Assembly (NCBI GenBank): GCA_050296515.1
Contig: JBNKRJ010000138.1
Location: 31,677 to 95,676, forward strand
Direction: 5' to 3'
Source: Bacteroidales bacterium
GTDB lineage: Bacteria > Bacteroidota > Bacteroidia > Bacteroidales > NBLH01
DNA length: 64,000 bases
The number at the start of each line of letters is the position of its first letter. Position 1 is the stretch's first letter. The translations under genes and the position numbers were made by a program. The notes beneath the pieces were generated by a model. The model had not been told where the DNA came from, ran no database searches, and was given only the letters and a program-made list of their open reading frames with translations. Below are positions 54,097-63,302 of this stretch, piece after piece.

Positions 54097-56262
54097 ATGG
54101 TAAAATCAAAAAATAATATTGAAAGTATAACGGAATCATTTTTAAAATTAAGTAACAACGAGATTAACGAAGAAATTAGTCTGGCAATAGAATTTGCGAA
54201 GCAAGAAAACGCTGACTTGAATTTACTCAATGCCAAATTAAATGATGCGTTTATCATCAGCAAAATCTGCATTAAGGAAATAAATCTCGACACTTCTATA
54301 ATTATTACCTGTATTCTTTATTTTGTTGTACCTCCAGAAAAAATAGATCTAAAGAAATTAGATGATGGATTTGGTCAAAGGGTAAAAAACATTTTACACG
54401 GACTTATAAAAACATCTGATATACAATTAGATAAACTAAGTATTCAAGCGGAGAATTTTATTAAACTGTTACTTACCATAAGCCCGGATATTACTTCTAT
54501 CCTGGTAAAGCTGGCTGAAATGCTTTATTTAATAAGAAATTTAAAAGATGAAGAGATTAATGAGCAAGTAAAGACTGCCTCTGTGGTTTCAGCTTTATAT
54601 GCACCCATTGCACACCGTCTGGGATTGTATTCTATAAAAACCGAAATGGAAGATCTTTCGATGAAATACCTTCACACAGAGGTGTATAAAGATATTGCAA
54701 AAAAACTAGAGCAAACGAAAGCATACCGGGATGTATATATTAAATCGTTTATTAATCCACTAAAAAAGGAGTTGGATAAGCAAAAAATAAAATGCGAGAT
54801 TAAAGGAAGACCAAAATCAATTCATTCCATTTGGAACAAGATGAAAACACAAGGAGTTGATTTTGATGAAGTTTACGATAAATTTGCGATTCGAGTTATT
54901 ATAGATAGCGAACTGGAGAACGAAAAAAATGATTGTTGGCGGGTTTATTCAATAATTACGGATTGGTACAAACCGAACCCTCACCGATTAAGAGACTGGA
55001 TATCAAGTCCTAAATCAAGTGGATACGAATCGTTGCACACCACGGTGATAGGTCCTGAACAAAAATGGGTGGAAGTACAAATTCGTACTATAAGAATGGA
55101 TGAAATTGCCGAAAAAGGCCATGCTGCTCACTGGAAATACAAAGAAAAAAAAGAAGGTTCTGGCTCTGATTGGTTGGCACAAATCAGGGAGGTTCTTGAA
55201 AAACCCGAGCAACTCACTGATGATGAGCATGATAAAAACAAGGCTATGCTCTATACAGACGAGATTTTCCTGTTTACACCGGATGGAGACCTGAAAAAAT
55301 CGAGAACTGGGCATACAGTATTGGATTTTGCATTTTCAATACATTCTGATGTCGGTGAAATGTGCACTGGAGCCATTGTTAATGATAAAATTGTATCAAT
55401 AAAACAAGAGTTAAAGAATGGTGATCATATCAAAATCTTAACTTCAAAAAACCAGAAACCCAGATATGAATGGCTGGAAATTGTTAAAAGCCAGCGAGCC
55501 AAAGCTAAAATAAAAAGAGTCTTAAAATCAATAAATTACAAAGATTCGGAACTAGGAAAAGACATCATTAAGCACAAACTTTCACAGCTAAAAATTGAAT
55601 TTAACGATGTAAATATCAGTAAGCTATGCGAACAACTGATGTTCAAAACCTCGATGGACTTATACCAGGCTGTTGGAAGCGGAAAGTTTGAAATAAGCAA
55701 AATAAAAAAAGCTTTTGCTGAAGTTAATGCTCAAGCTGAAAAGGCAAAAGAAAATAAAGAAGAATTAAGCCTTGAGGTTTCTGAAGAAAGCTTAGTTAGT
55801 AGTAAGGATTTCTTAATTATTGAGAACAACCTACAAACCATTGACTATCAAATGGCTAAGTGCTGCAACCCAATCCCAGGTGATGAGATATTTGGGTTTG
55901 TTACTGTTAGTAAAGGAACTAAAATACACAAGCGAAATTGCTCTAATGCAAAAGATATGATTAGCAGGTTTCCATATCGTATAATTAAGGCAAAATGGAA
56001 TAATGAGGCTGAAATGAGCAAGTTTATGGTTCAGCTAAGGATTATTGGCCGCGATAACATAGGAGTAACTGCAAGCATTACCGAAATCATCTCGAAAGAA
56101 TTTAAATTGAACCTAAGGGCAATTACAATTCATCCCAGAAAAGACAATATGTTTGAAGGAATTGTTGTAACTACTGTACACAATAAAAAACAGCTGGATG
56201 ATCTCATCAATCGATTAAAGAGAGTGGAAGATGTGACGAATGTGATGAGGATTAGTAAGTAA
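54097..56262 (+). CDS. RelA/SpoT homolog, RelA-type (degenerate hydrolase domain, intact synthetase, TGS and ACT)
   Basis: 721 aa. The synthetase region is GRPKSIHSIWNKM...YESLHTTVIGPEQKWVEVQIRT...HAAHWKYK. The TGS region is IFLFTPDGDL...GDHIKILTS, and the C-terminus is ACT-like. The position expected to carry the HD motif reads TCILYFVVPPE. Confidence 0.85.
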   Translation: MVKSKNNIESITESFLKLSNNEINEEISLAIEFAKQENADLNLLNAKLNDAFIISKICIKEINLDTSIIITCILYFVVPPEKIDLKKLDDGFGQRVKNILHGLIKTSDIQLDKLSIQAENFIKLLLTISPDITSILVKLAEMLYLIRNLKDEEINEQVKTASVVSALYAPIAHRLGLYSIKTEMEDLSMKYLHTEVYKDIAKKLEQTKAYRDVYIKSFINPLKKELDKQKIKCEIKGRPKSIHSIWNKMKTQGVDFDEVYDKFAIRVIIDSELENEKNDCWRVYSIITDWYKPNPHRLRDWISSPKSSGYESLHTTVIGPEQKWVEVQIRTIRMDEIAEKGHAAHWKYKEKKEGSGSDWLAQIREVLEKPEQLTDDEHDKNKAMLYTDEIFLFTPDGDLKKSRTGHTVLDFAFSIHSDVGEMCTGAIVNDKIVSIKQELKNGDHIKILTSKNQKPRYEWLEIVKSQRAKAKIKRVLKSINYKDSELGKDIIKHKLSQLKIEFNDVNISKLCEQLMFKTSMDLYQAVGSGKFEISKIKKAFAEVNAQAEKAKENKEELSLEVSEESLVSSKDFLIIENNLQTIDYQMAKCCNPIPGDEIFGFVTVSKGTKIHKRNCSNAKDMISRFPYRIIKAKWNNEAEMSKFMVQLRIIGRDNIGVTASITEIISKEFKLNLRAITIHPRKDNMFEGIVVTTVHNKKQLDDLINRLKRVEDVTNVMRISK

Positions 56263-56343
56263 GAATATAAGGGTAAGTCGAAAAATAAATAGTAATAAGT
56301 TCCCAAATACTGATATTAAGCAAGAACCAAATAAAATACAAAG

Positions 56344-56694
56344 GTGAAAATTAAACGATTTGAAGATATTATTGCATGGCAAAAGGGTCAGGGCTATTCA
56401 GTAGAGATTTATGCAAATTTCAATAATTTGAAAGATTACGGATTCAAAGATCAAATTTGCAGAGCTTCAGTATCTGTTTCGAACAATATTGAAGAAGGTT
56501 TCGACAGGGGAAGCAATGCTGATTTTCGTAGGTTTTTATATATTTCTCCAGGGTCTTGTAGTGAAACGAAATCAATGTTATATCTTGCTTTCAAACTCAA
56601 TTACATAAATGAAACTAAAAGAAATGAATTACCTGATGCAGGAAATAAGATATCTAAAATTCTCAGAGGTTTTATAAACTCTCTAAACAACTAA
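56344..56694 (+). CDS. Four-helix-bundle protein (23S rRNA intervening-sequence protein family)
   Basis: 116 aa with a GTG start. The motifs QICRASVSVSNNIEEGFDRGSNADFRRFLYIS.GSCSETKSMLYLA are typical of the family. Confidence 0.75.
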   Translation: MKIKRFEDIIAWQKGQGYSVEIYANFNNLKDYGFKDQICRASVSVSNNIEEGFDRGSNADFRRFLYISPGSCSETKSMLYLAFKLNYINETKRNELPDAGNKISKILRGFINSLNN

Positions 56695-56743
56695 GTACTA
56701 ACCACTTTCAACTTATTACTTTTTCACTTTCAACTAAATAATT

Positions 56744-57334
56744 ATGTCAAAAATATCCTGGAAACCCGGAACATCAATCTATCCTTTGCCTGCTGTAATG
56801 GTGAGCCTGGGAAAAACACCCGAAGAATACAATATTATTACTATATCCTGGACGGGTACCATCAATACTAATCCTCCCATGTGTTATATCTCTGTGAGGC
56901 CAGAAAGACATTCCTTTAACATTTTAAAGAAAAACATGGAGTTTATTATCAACCTGGCAACCAAAGACCTGGCCTATGCAACTGACTGGTGCGGAGTAAA
57001 ATCAGGAAGGGAATTCAATAAGTTTGAAGAAATGAAATTGACCCCGGGCAAAGCACAAATTGTGGAGGCTCCGTTAATTGAAGAATCACCGCTAAATATT
57101 GAATGTAAAGTCAATAGAATCATTCCACTGGGTAGTCACCATATGTTTATGGCTGATGTTGTTGCAGTGAATGCAGAAGAAAAATATCTGGATAAAAAAA
57201 CAGGTGCATTTCATTTTAATAGTGCTGGTTTAATCTCCTACACTCACGGATTCTATTACAAACAAGGTGATGAAATCGGGAATTTTGGCTTTTCAGTAAA
57301 AAAGACAAAAGAAAGGTGGAGGAAGAAGAAGTAG
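56744..57334 (+). CDS. Flavin reductase-like (FMN-binding split-barrel) protein
   Basis: 196 aa. The patterns PLPAVMVS...NIITISWTG and the HHMFMADVVAV core are typical of the flavin reductase family. Confidence 0.75.
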   Translation: MSKISWKPGTSIYPLPAVMVSLGKTPEEYNIITISWTGTINTNPPMCYISVRPERHSFNILKKNMEFIINLATKDLAYATDWCGVKSGREFNKFEEMKLTPGKAQIVEAPLIEESPLNIECKVNRIIPLGSHHMFMADVVAVNAEEKYLDKKTGAFHFNSAGLISYTHGFYYKQGDEIGNFGFSVKKTKERWRKKK

Positions 57335-57477
57335 GCAGCTTATGGTCAACAGTTTGCCGTAGTCAATGACCTGCATACACTAATCATAAAGTTTTTAGAA
57401 TAAGAAAAAGGCTTGATTATTGTTTCTCAGATTTTCTAAGTATATTTAATCTGAAAAACAAAACCAGCCTTAAAACA

Positions 57478-60400
57478 ATGAATAAATCAATAAAATTAGG
57501 AACTCTAATACTTCTTCTGCTTTACAATGTAACCCTATTTTCACAGCGGCCTCATATCAAATTCGAGCATATTTCATTGGAGGATGGTCTTTCGCAAAGT
57601 TCTGTTTACGATATAGTGCAGGACAATAAAGGCTTTATGTGGTTTGCAACGCTTGATGGCCTGAACAAATATGATGGTTACACAATCACTGTTTATCGGA
57701 ATAAAACCGGCGATTCAACCTCCATCTCCGACAATGTTATTAACTGTTTATACGTTGACAAACCTCAGTTTGGAGGCTCTCTGTGGATTGGTAGCAGAGG
57801 TGAAGGTTTGGACAGGTTTAACCAACTTAATGAAACTTTTGAATCTTACAGCAAAAATGATAGTAATCAGCTAGTTATAAGCAGTAAAAATGTTACTTCA
57901 ATAGTTGGAACAGAGAAATATTTATGGGTTGGGACTACAAATGGTTTGAACAGAATTGATAGAGCTACCAAGGCCTTCAAACATTATTTTGTTCAGCAAG
58001 GACTGGCTGATAACTCAGTTAATCAGATTTTTACTGATGGCTCGGGAAACCTTTGGATTGGAACTGCTACAGGGTTAAACAGGTTTAATACTGAAACAGA
58101 AAAATTTGAGACTATTCGATTTGGGGATAATCACCTGGAGAACAATATCAGGGCTTGCCTCTATTCAATAGATGGTTACATCTATCTTGGTACAAATAAT
58201 GGTTTAATAAGATACAATCCTCAATCGAAAAATTACAAAATTTACAGAGATTTCTCAGAACTGAAAAAGCCTGAAAGCAATGCAATTAGCTCACTAGTAG
58301 AGGATAAAGAAGGCATCTTGTGGATTGGAACAGAAATGGGTGGCCTAAGCAGTTTTAACAAAAAAACAGAACAATTTTATACGTTCATGCACGATCCTTC
58401 CATCAAAACATCATTGCAAACTAACGAGATCTTGTCACTTTACCAAGACAAAGCAGGGATTTTATGGATAGGTAATTCTCTTGGAGGCATTAATAAGTGG
58501 AACCGGGCAGCTGAAGATTTAAGTGTTTTCAGACATAATCCTTATAATGAACAAAGTTTGAGTTCAAACCAGGTTAGGAATATTTATGAAGACAGTAAAG
58601 GTCGTATCTGGATTGGAACTGTTCAAGGAGGATTAAACAGGTTCATTGCAGAAAAAGAAGTTTTTGAGCATTTCAAAAACGATCCTTCAAACCCTAACAG
58701 CTTACCAAACAATCATGTACGTTCAATTTTAGAAGATTCAAAAGGCCGGTTCTGGATTGGAACCGATGGTGGTGGTTTTTGTCAGTTTTTTCCCGAAACG
58801 GGACGATTCAAAGTTTACAAACACAACAGAAATCAATCCAACAGCCTTAGTGACAATCATGTGTGGCGAATTATTGAAGACAAAAAAAACAGAATCTGGA
58901 TAGCTACCAAAGGAGGTGGTGTGAACATATTTAATCCTGAAAATGAAACATTTACAGCATTAAGGAACGACCAACAAAACGACAAAAGTTTAAGTAATGA
59001 TGAAGCCACAACTGTTTTTGAAGATCACCTGGGAACCATCTGGGTTGGAACTTTTGGTGGTGGCCTAAATAAATGGGACGAAAAGACCAGCACATTTAAA
59101 CATTATCGATACGAAAAAAATAATCCCCATTCAATAGGAAATGATCGAATTTACGCAATTGTAGAAGATGGCAAAGGCCGTTTGTGGGTAGGAACCAAAG
59201 GTTCACTTGATTTATATGATCGAAAAAATGACTCGTTTATTAGTTATGATGAAAAGGATGGTTTTCCCAACAATGTAATAATGGGAATCCTTGAAGATAA
59301 CAGTGGAAATATCTGGGTTTCAACAAATAGTGGTTTATCAAAGTTTAATCCTGAAACAAAAAAACTAAGGAATTACAACATAAGTGATGGTTTGCAAAGT
59401 AATGAGTTCCTGGTGGGGTCATTTTGCAAAAAGAGTAATGGTGAGCTGATTTTTGGTGGAATTGGAGGGTTTAATGTTTTTGACCCCGCAAAAATTAAAG
59501 ACAATCCGAATATCCCTTCGGTTGTAATTACAGGTTTTAAGGTTTCAAATGCCGAAATGAAATTCGACACTGCCATCAGTGAAAAAAAGCTAATTATTTT
59601 AGATCATACACAAAAAGACATATCGTTTGATTTTGTTGCCCTGGACTATATTTTCCCACAAAAAAACCAGTACAAGTATAAATTAGTTGGTTTTGACAAA
59701 GACTGGGTAGATATTAAATTTCAGCGTTACGCAACTTACACTAACCTTCCACCTGGTGACTATGTTTTTAAAGTTAAAGGCTCAAACAACGATGAGGTTT
59801 GGAACGAGGAGGGCGCTCAAATTACAGTTATCATTGAACCGGCTATCTGGCAGCGTACATGGTTCAAAGTAGTATCTGCAATCATCTTATTATCAATAGT
59901 TTTCCTTGCATTTTACCTGCGCATACGAAGCATTAAAAAACGAAACGAGTACCTTGAAGAGCAAGTGCGATTACGTACAGCTGAGGTTGTAAAACAGCGT
60001 GACCAAATACATGAGCAAAAAAAGGAAATTGAAGACAGTATTGTATATGCAAAAAGAATACAAACAGGAACATTGCCATTAGATGAATTCAGAAAGGAAA
60101 TACTGCCAGAACATTTTGTACTTTTTAAACCCAAAGATATAGTAAGTGGTGATTTTTACTGGACGGGTAAAAAAGACGGCAAATCAATTGCTATTGCTGC
60201 TGACTGCACAGGCCATGGAGTTCCGGGCGCTTTTATGAGTATGCTGGGTATCAGCTTTTTAAATAAGATTATTAATGAGCGTGGCATTACCAGACCAGAT
60301 GAAATATTAAATAGTCTTCGTGAAAATGTAATTAAGTCCCTACATCATCATCAAGGTGATGAAATTAGAGATGGGATGGATATTGCTGTTCTTAGCATTG

Positions 60401-60774
60401 ATATTGAAAATAAAAAATTGCAATATGCAGGTGCTAATAATCCGCTTTATTACACTACTGATAATAAGGAAATTAAAGTAATAAAGGCAGATAAAATGCC
60501 AATTGCCATGTATGAAATAATGGACAACTTCACCCTGCATGAAGTTGATATTAAACAAGATAGCAGCTACTACATTTTTTCAGATGGATATGCCGATCAG
60601 TTTGGTGGACCTAAAGAAAAAAAGTTCATGTATAAGCGATTCAGGGAGCTACTTTTAGAAAATATTGATAAGAACATGAGCGAACAAAAGGCTATTCTTG
60701 ACCAGACAATTAAAGACTGGAAAGGTAAAATACCTCAAGTGGATGATATCGTAGTTTTTGGAATTAGATTTTAA
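57478..60774 (+). CDS. Sensor protein: periplasmic two-component-regulator propeller repeats plus Y_Y_Y domain, one TM segment, coiled coil, and a cytoplasmic PP2C/SpoIIE phosphatase
   Basis: 1098 aa with a signal peptide. There are many repeats of the type G.LWIGT..GLN.F. The Y_Y_Y region is YKYKLVGFDKDWVD...PGDYVFKVKG. The TM segment is WFKVVSAIILLSIVFLAFYL. The SpoIIE-type domain is SGDFYW...AADCTGHGVPGAFMSMLG...DGMDIAVL...SDGYADQFGG...DDIVVFGIRF. Confidence 0.8.
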   Translation: MNKSIKLGTLILLLLYNVTLFSQRPHIKFEHISLEDGLSQSSVYDIVQDNKGFMWFATLDGLNKYDGYTITVYRNKTGDSTSISDNVINCLYVDKPQFGGSLWIGSRGEGLDRFNQLNETFESYSKNDSNQLVISSKNVTSIVGTEKYLWVGTTNGLNRIDRATKAFKHYFVQQGLADNSVNQIFTDGSGNLWIGTATGLNRFNTETEKFETIRFGDNHLENNIRACLYSIDGYIYLGTNNGLIRYNPQSKNYKIYRDFSELKKPESNAISSLVEDKEGILWIGTEMGGLSSFNKKTEQFYTFMHDPSIKTSLQTNEILSLYQDKAGILWIGNSLGGINKWNRAAEDLSVFRHNPYNEQSLSSNQVRNIYEDSKGRIWIGTVQGGLNRFIAEKEVFEHFKNDPSNPNSLPNNHVRSILEDSKGRFWIGTDGGGFCQFFPETGRFKVYKHNRNQSNSLSDNHVWRIIEDKKNRIWIATKGGGVNIFNPENETFTALRNDQQNDKSLSNDEATTVFEDHLGTIWVGTFGGGLNKWDEKTSTFKHYRYEKNNPHSIGNDRIYAIVEDGKGRLWVGTKGSLDLYDRKNDSFISYDEKDGFPNNVIMGILEDNSGNIWVSTNSGLSKFNPETKKLRNYNISDGLQSNEFLVGSFCKKSNGELIFGGIGGFNVFDPAKIKDNPNIPSVVITGFKVSNAEMKFDTAISEKKLIILDHTQKDISFDFVALDYIFPQKNQYKYKLVGFDKDWVDIKFQRYATYTNLPPGDYVFKVKGSNNDEVWNEEGAQITVIIEPAIWQRTWFKVVSAIILLSIVFLAFYLRIRSIKKRNEYLEEQVRLRTAEVVKQRDQIHEQKKEIEDSIVYAKRIQTGTLPLDEFRKEILPEHFVLFKPKDIVSGDFYWTGKKDGKSIAIAADCTGHGVPGAFMSMLGISFLNKIINERGITRPDEILNSLRENVIKSLHHHQGDEIRDGMDIAVLSIDIENKKLQYAGANNPLYYTTDNKEIKVIKADKMPIAMYEIMDNFTLHEVDIKQDSSYYIFSDGYADQFGGPKEKKFMYKRFRELLLENIDKNMSEQKAILDQTIKDWKGKIPQVDDIVVFGIRF

Positions 60775-60808
60775 CAGACAAATAATAATGCTAACTAAAA
60801 CTTTAATC

Positions 60809-61171
60809 ATGAAAAAACTATTTTTTGTAGTTGTAATCCTTTGGGGATTGCAAAGTATTATTTTGGCACAGTTTTCAAAAGCTGATGTAGACCAAATGAT
60901 GAAAGAACTTGGAACAAGTGAGGACAAAATTGAAACCCTCTACATTGGAAACACACTGGTTTTTTACAAAGATGGTAGTTATAAAAAAAACTATGAAAAA
61001 TACACAAAAGTAAATGGTGATTATAGCAATTCTGTTAAAATAACGGAAACTGGAATTCTTCTTAAAACAACCAAAGGTGGTAAACCTTATTCTTTGAAAT
61101 TACTCCCCTACAAATCCATCAGTAATATCTATATATCAATGAACTATATTGAGATTTATCTTAAAGATTAG
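60809..61171 (+). CDS. Hypothetical small secreted protein
   Basis: The start is taken at MKKLFFVVVILWGLQSIILAQ (signal peptide) within the 60758 ORF. No recognisable family. Confidence 0.45.
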   Translation: MKKLFFVVVILWGLQSIILAQFSKADVDQMMKELGTSEDKIETLYIGNTLVFYKDGSYKKNYEKYTKVNGDYSNSVKITETGILLKTTKGGKPYSLKLLPYKSISNIYISMNYIEIYLKD

Positions 61172-61289
61172 ATAAAATATAAAACGATTCCAAGGTAATT
61201 TATACCAATCGCAAATTAATTTTACTCGTTTCGCTCAAGAAGGTAAACGTTTTCAAAACGAACTGATTGTTTAGGTATAGACTACCTAA

Positions 61290-61523
61290 CATTCGAATTC
61301 CTCAATTTTCAAATGGAATAAGCCCAAAGCAGGAACTATTACTTTTCCAGAGATGAATATTAACTTTTCCGTTGAAGAGTTTTGCAAAAAGCTGGTTGAT
61401 GAGAAAGGTGTGGTGCTTCTCCCCTCTTCTGTTTACAATTATGATAAAAACTGTGCCAGATTAGGCTTTGGGAGAAAAAACATGCCAGAGGCTCTGGCTA
61501 AACCTGATGAATTTTTAAGCTAA
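61290..61523 (+). pseudogene. 3'-terminal relic of a class I/II (PLP-dependent) aminotransferase gene
   Basis: The open frame reads HSNSSIFKWNKPKAGTITFPEMNINFSVEEFCKKLVDEKGVVLLPSSVYNYDKNCARLGFGRKNMPEALAKPDEFLS*. This matches the conserved C-terminal end (W..P.AG...FP....; G.RLGFGR) of such enzymes. A stop at 61287 means the N-terminal ~300 aa are missing. Confidence 0.55.
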
Positions 61524-61617
61524 TCACCTGCCAACGCTAATCTGTCAGGTATGTCACCTGGCTAATTACCCAAAATATCATGCTCGATTTGACAGTCATA
61601 CAGTAATATTTTCAAGA

Positions 61618-61692
61618 TTTACCGTTTCAGGGCTTTTTTGACGGTAAGTTTTCATCCTTCAAAAACGGTAAAAAGAGAAATTTTTGCCGTTT
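61618..61692. promoter_or_regulatory. Two hairpins built on the ACGGTAA core at the 3' end of fic
   Basis: The first pair is ttaccgt (61619-61625) and acggtaa (61641-61647). The second pair is aaaacggtaaaaa (61662-61674) and tttttgccgtttt (61681-61693). The four cores are spaced ~22 bp apart. Confidence 0.5.
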
Positions 61693-62801
61693 TATTCCGA
61701 AAGTAAATTATACAACTCAACATTTACATAAATGTGATTTCCATTATGTACCTGCTTTTCCATAATTCCCATTTCAGATAAAATATTTAGCCTTTTCCGA
61801 ATCGTTTTTTCTGCGCCTACTTTATTCTTAACTAAGACATTTACAGTTGAATAAGGATGGTAAAAAATGGCTTCAAGGAGCTTATCACTATAGAGGTTTT
61901 TGTTTTCTTTTAAAATACGGTTTTTAGTGCCATCCATTAATGCAAGGATATCATTCACCTTTGCTAAACTAGTGCGCGCTGTATTTTCGACTGCTTTTAA
62001 AATGTAAATAATCCAACCTTTCCAATCTGCTCTTTGCGAAACACCACCTAAACGTTCGTAATACTCTGATTTATTCTCAATTATGGAACTACTCAGATAC
62101 AAAACAGGTAAATCTAACAACCCCTTCGCAACCAAATAAACAATATTTATTATTCTTCCGGTTCGTCCATTTCCATCGCTAAAAGGATGAATAGCTTCAA
62201 ACTGATAATGTGCAATTGCCATTTTTAACAATGGATCAATCGGATATTTTTTATCATCATTCAAAAAATTAAACAGGTTATCGAGTTTCTTCTCGATGAT
62301 ACCTTCACCGCGCGGAGGAGTATAAACCACCTGACCGGCACCAACAGTTGATCCACCTTTTCGAATTACAGTAGGAACTGATGAATGCCTTATTCCCTGC
62401 TGAGAATTCGTAATTTTCTGGAAGATATTTAATAAAAAATCTCTGTTAATTTCAGCATTCTTTTTTATTTCCCGATAACCTTTCCACAAAGCTTTTCTGT
62501 AGCTAACTACCTCTTTAGCAGGACCATTGTATAGTTTTTCAGATATAGAAGTCGCTTTAAACAGCTCATCATTAGTGGTAAAAATGTTTTCAATCTCTGT
62601 ACTCGATTTTGCCTCCTGCAAGGAAATTGTTGAAATCAACATTGCAGGGTTTGGTATAGCAATCACCCGTCCATTCAACTCGGCCAGAGCTGCACGTGCA
62701 TTCACCAGTTTCTTGAAAATATCAATATTCTCGAACTTCTCATTTGGTGGTGGAAGATCCGGAAGTTGATTCCAGGGTTTTGTTCTATCAGGATTTATCA
62801 T
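61692..62801 (-). CDS. fic: Fic family protein (Fic_N plus Fic core plus C-terminal winged-helix-like domain)
   Basis: The core motif is HPFSDGNGRTGR. The preferred start is MINPDRTKPW at 62801, because the longer ORF-track start (62843) lies inside the upstream palindrome. Confidence 0.85.
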   Translation of the reverse strand: MINPDRTKPWNQLPDLPPPNEKFENIDIFKKLVNARAALAELNGRVIAIPNPAMLISTISLQEAKSSTEIENIFTTNDELFKATSISEKLYNGPAKEVVSYRKALWKGYREIKKNAEINRDFLLNIFQKITNSQQGIRHSSVPTVIRKGGSTVGAGQVVYTPPRGEGIIEKKLDNLFNFLNDDKKYPIDPLLKMAIAHYQFEAIHPFSDGNGRTGRIINIVYLVAKGLLDLPVLYLSSSIIENKSEYYERLGGVSQRADWKGWIIYILKAVENTARTSLAKVNDILALMDGTKNRILKENKNLYSDKLLEAIFYHPYSTVNVLVKNKVGAEKTIRKRLNILSEMGIMEKQVHNGNHIYVNVELYNLLSE

Positions 62802-62808
62802 ATGAAAT

Positions 62809-62844
62809 ATTGAACGGTAAAAATAACAAAATTTACCGTTCAAT
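62809..62844. promoter_or_regulatory. Perfect 13-bp inverted repeat (operator-like) just upstream of fic
   Basis: attgaacggtaaa (62809-62821), a 10-bp spacer, then tttaccgttcaat (62832-62844). Further acggtaaa-like cores are at 62855 and 62887. Confidence 0.55.
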
Positions 62845-62897
62845 CGAAATTCTCACGGTAAATTTTGGTTTTACGTTATCCTGATTCGGTAAAAACG

Positions 62898-63302
62898 TTA
62901 AGCTTTCAACATTGCTGCATCCAACTCTTCCGAAACTCCCAATTTCCCATTTATAACTGTAACTGCGGTAATCACAGCTTTAATAGAAAGTTTCTCATCA
63001 GGCAAGCGGTAAATATCCTGGTGAAAGAGGTATCTAATTCCTTGTTTTTCAACATTTATGCGGCAAACAAACTTATCGCCACTTACTAAAGGAGTTTTGT
63101 ACTGGATATCAGCCCTGGCAACAACGGCAGTAATGCCACGTTTAAACAAATCGGCAAAGTCAAGCCCCACTGAAAGTAAAAATTCGTGCCTTGTATGCTC
63201 AAGGTAGTTTTGATATACGGAGTTATTTACTACTCCCTGTAAATCACATTCATAATCCCGAACTTTAAACTCAAGTTCGTAAGCGTAGTTTTTGTTTGTC
63301 AT
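62898..63302 (-). CDS. Acyl-CoA thioesterase (4HBT/YbgC-like hotdog fold)
   Basis: 134 aa. The N-terminal VRDYECDLQGVVNNSVYQNYLEHTRHEFL pattern is typical of YbgC/4HBT thioesterases. Confidence 0.8.
   Translation of the reverse strand: MTNKNYAYELEFKVRDYECDLQGVVNNSVYQNYLEHTRHEFLLSVGLDFADLFKRGITAVVARADIQYKTPLVSGDKFVCRINVEKQGIRYLFHQDIYRLPDEKLSIKAVITAVTVINGKLGVSEELDAAMLKA

Noticed and set aside
62865-63089. 74-aa + strand ORF between fic and the thioesterase gene
   Set aside because: Most of it is antisense to the well-supported thioesterase CDS, and it has no family resemblance.
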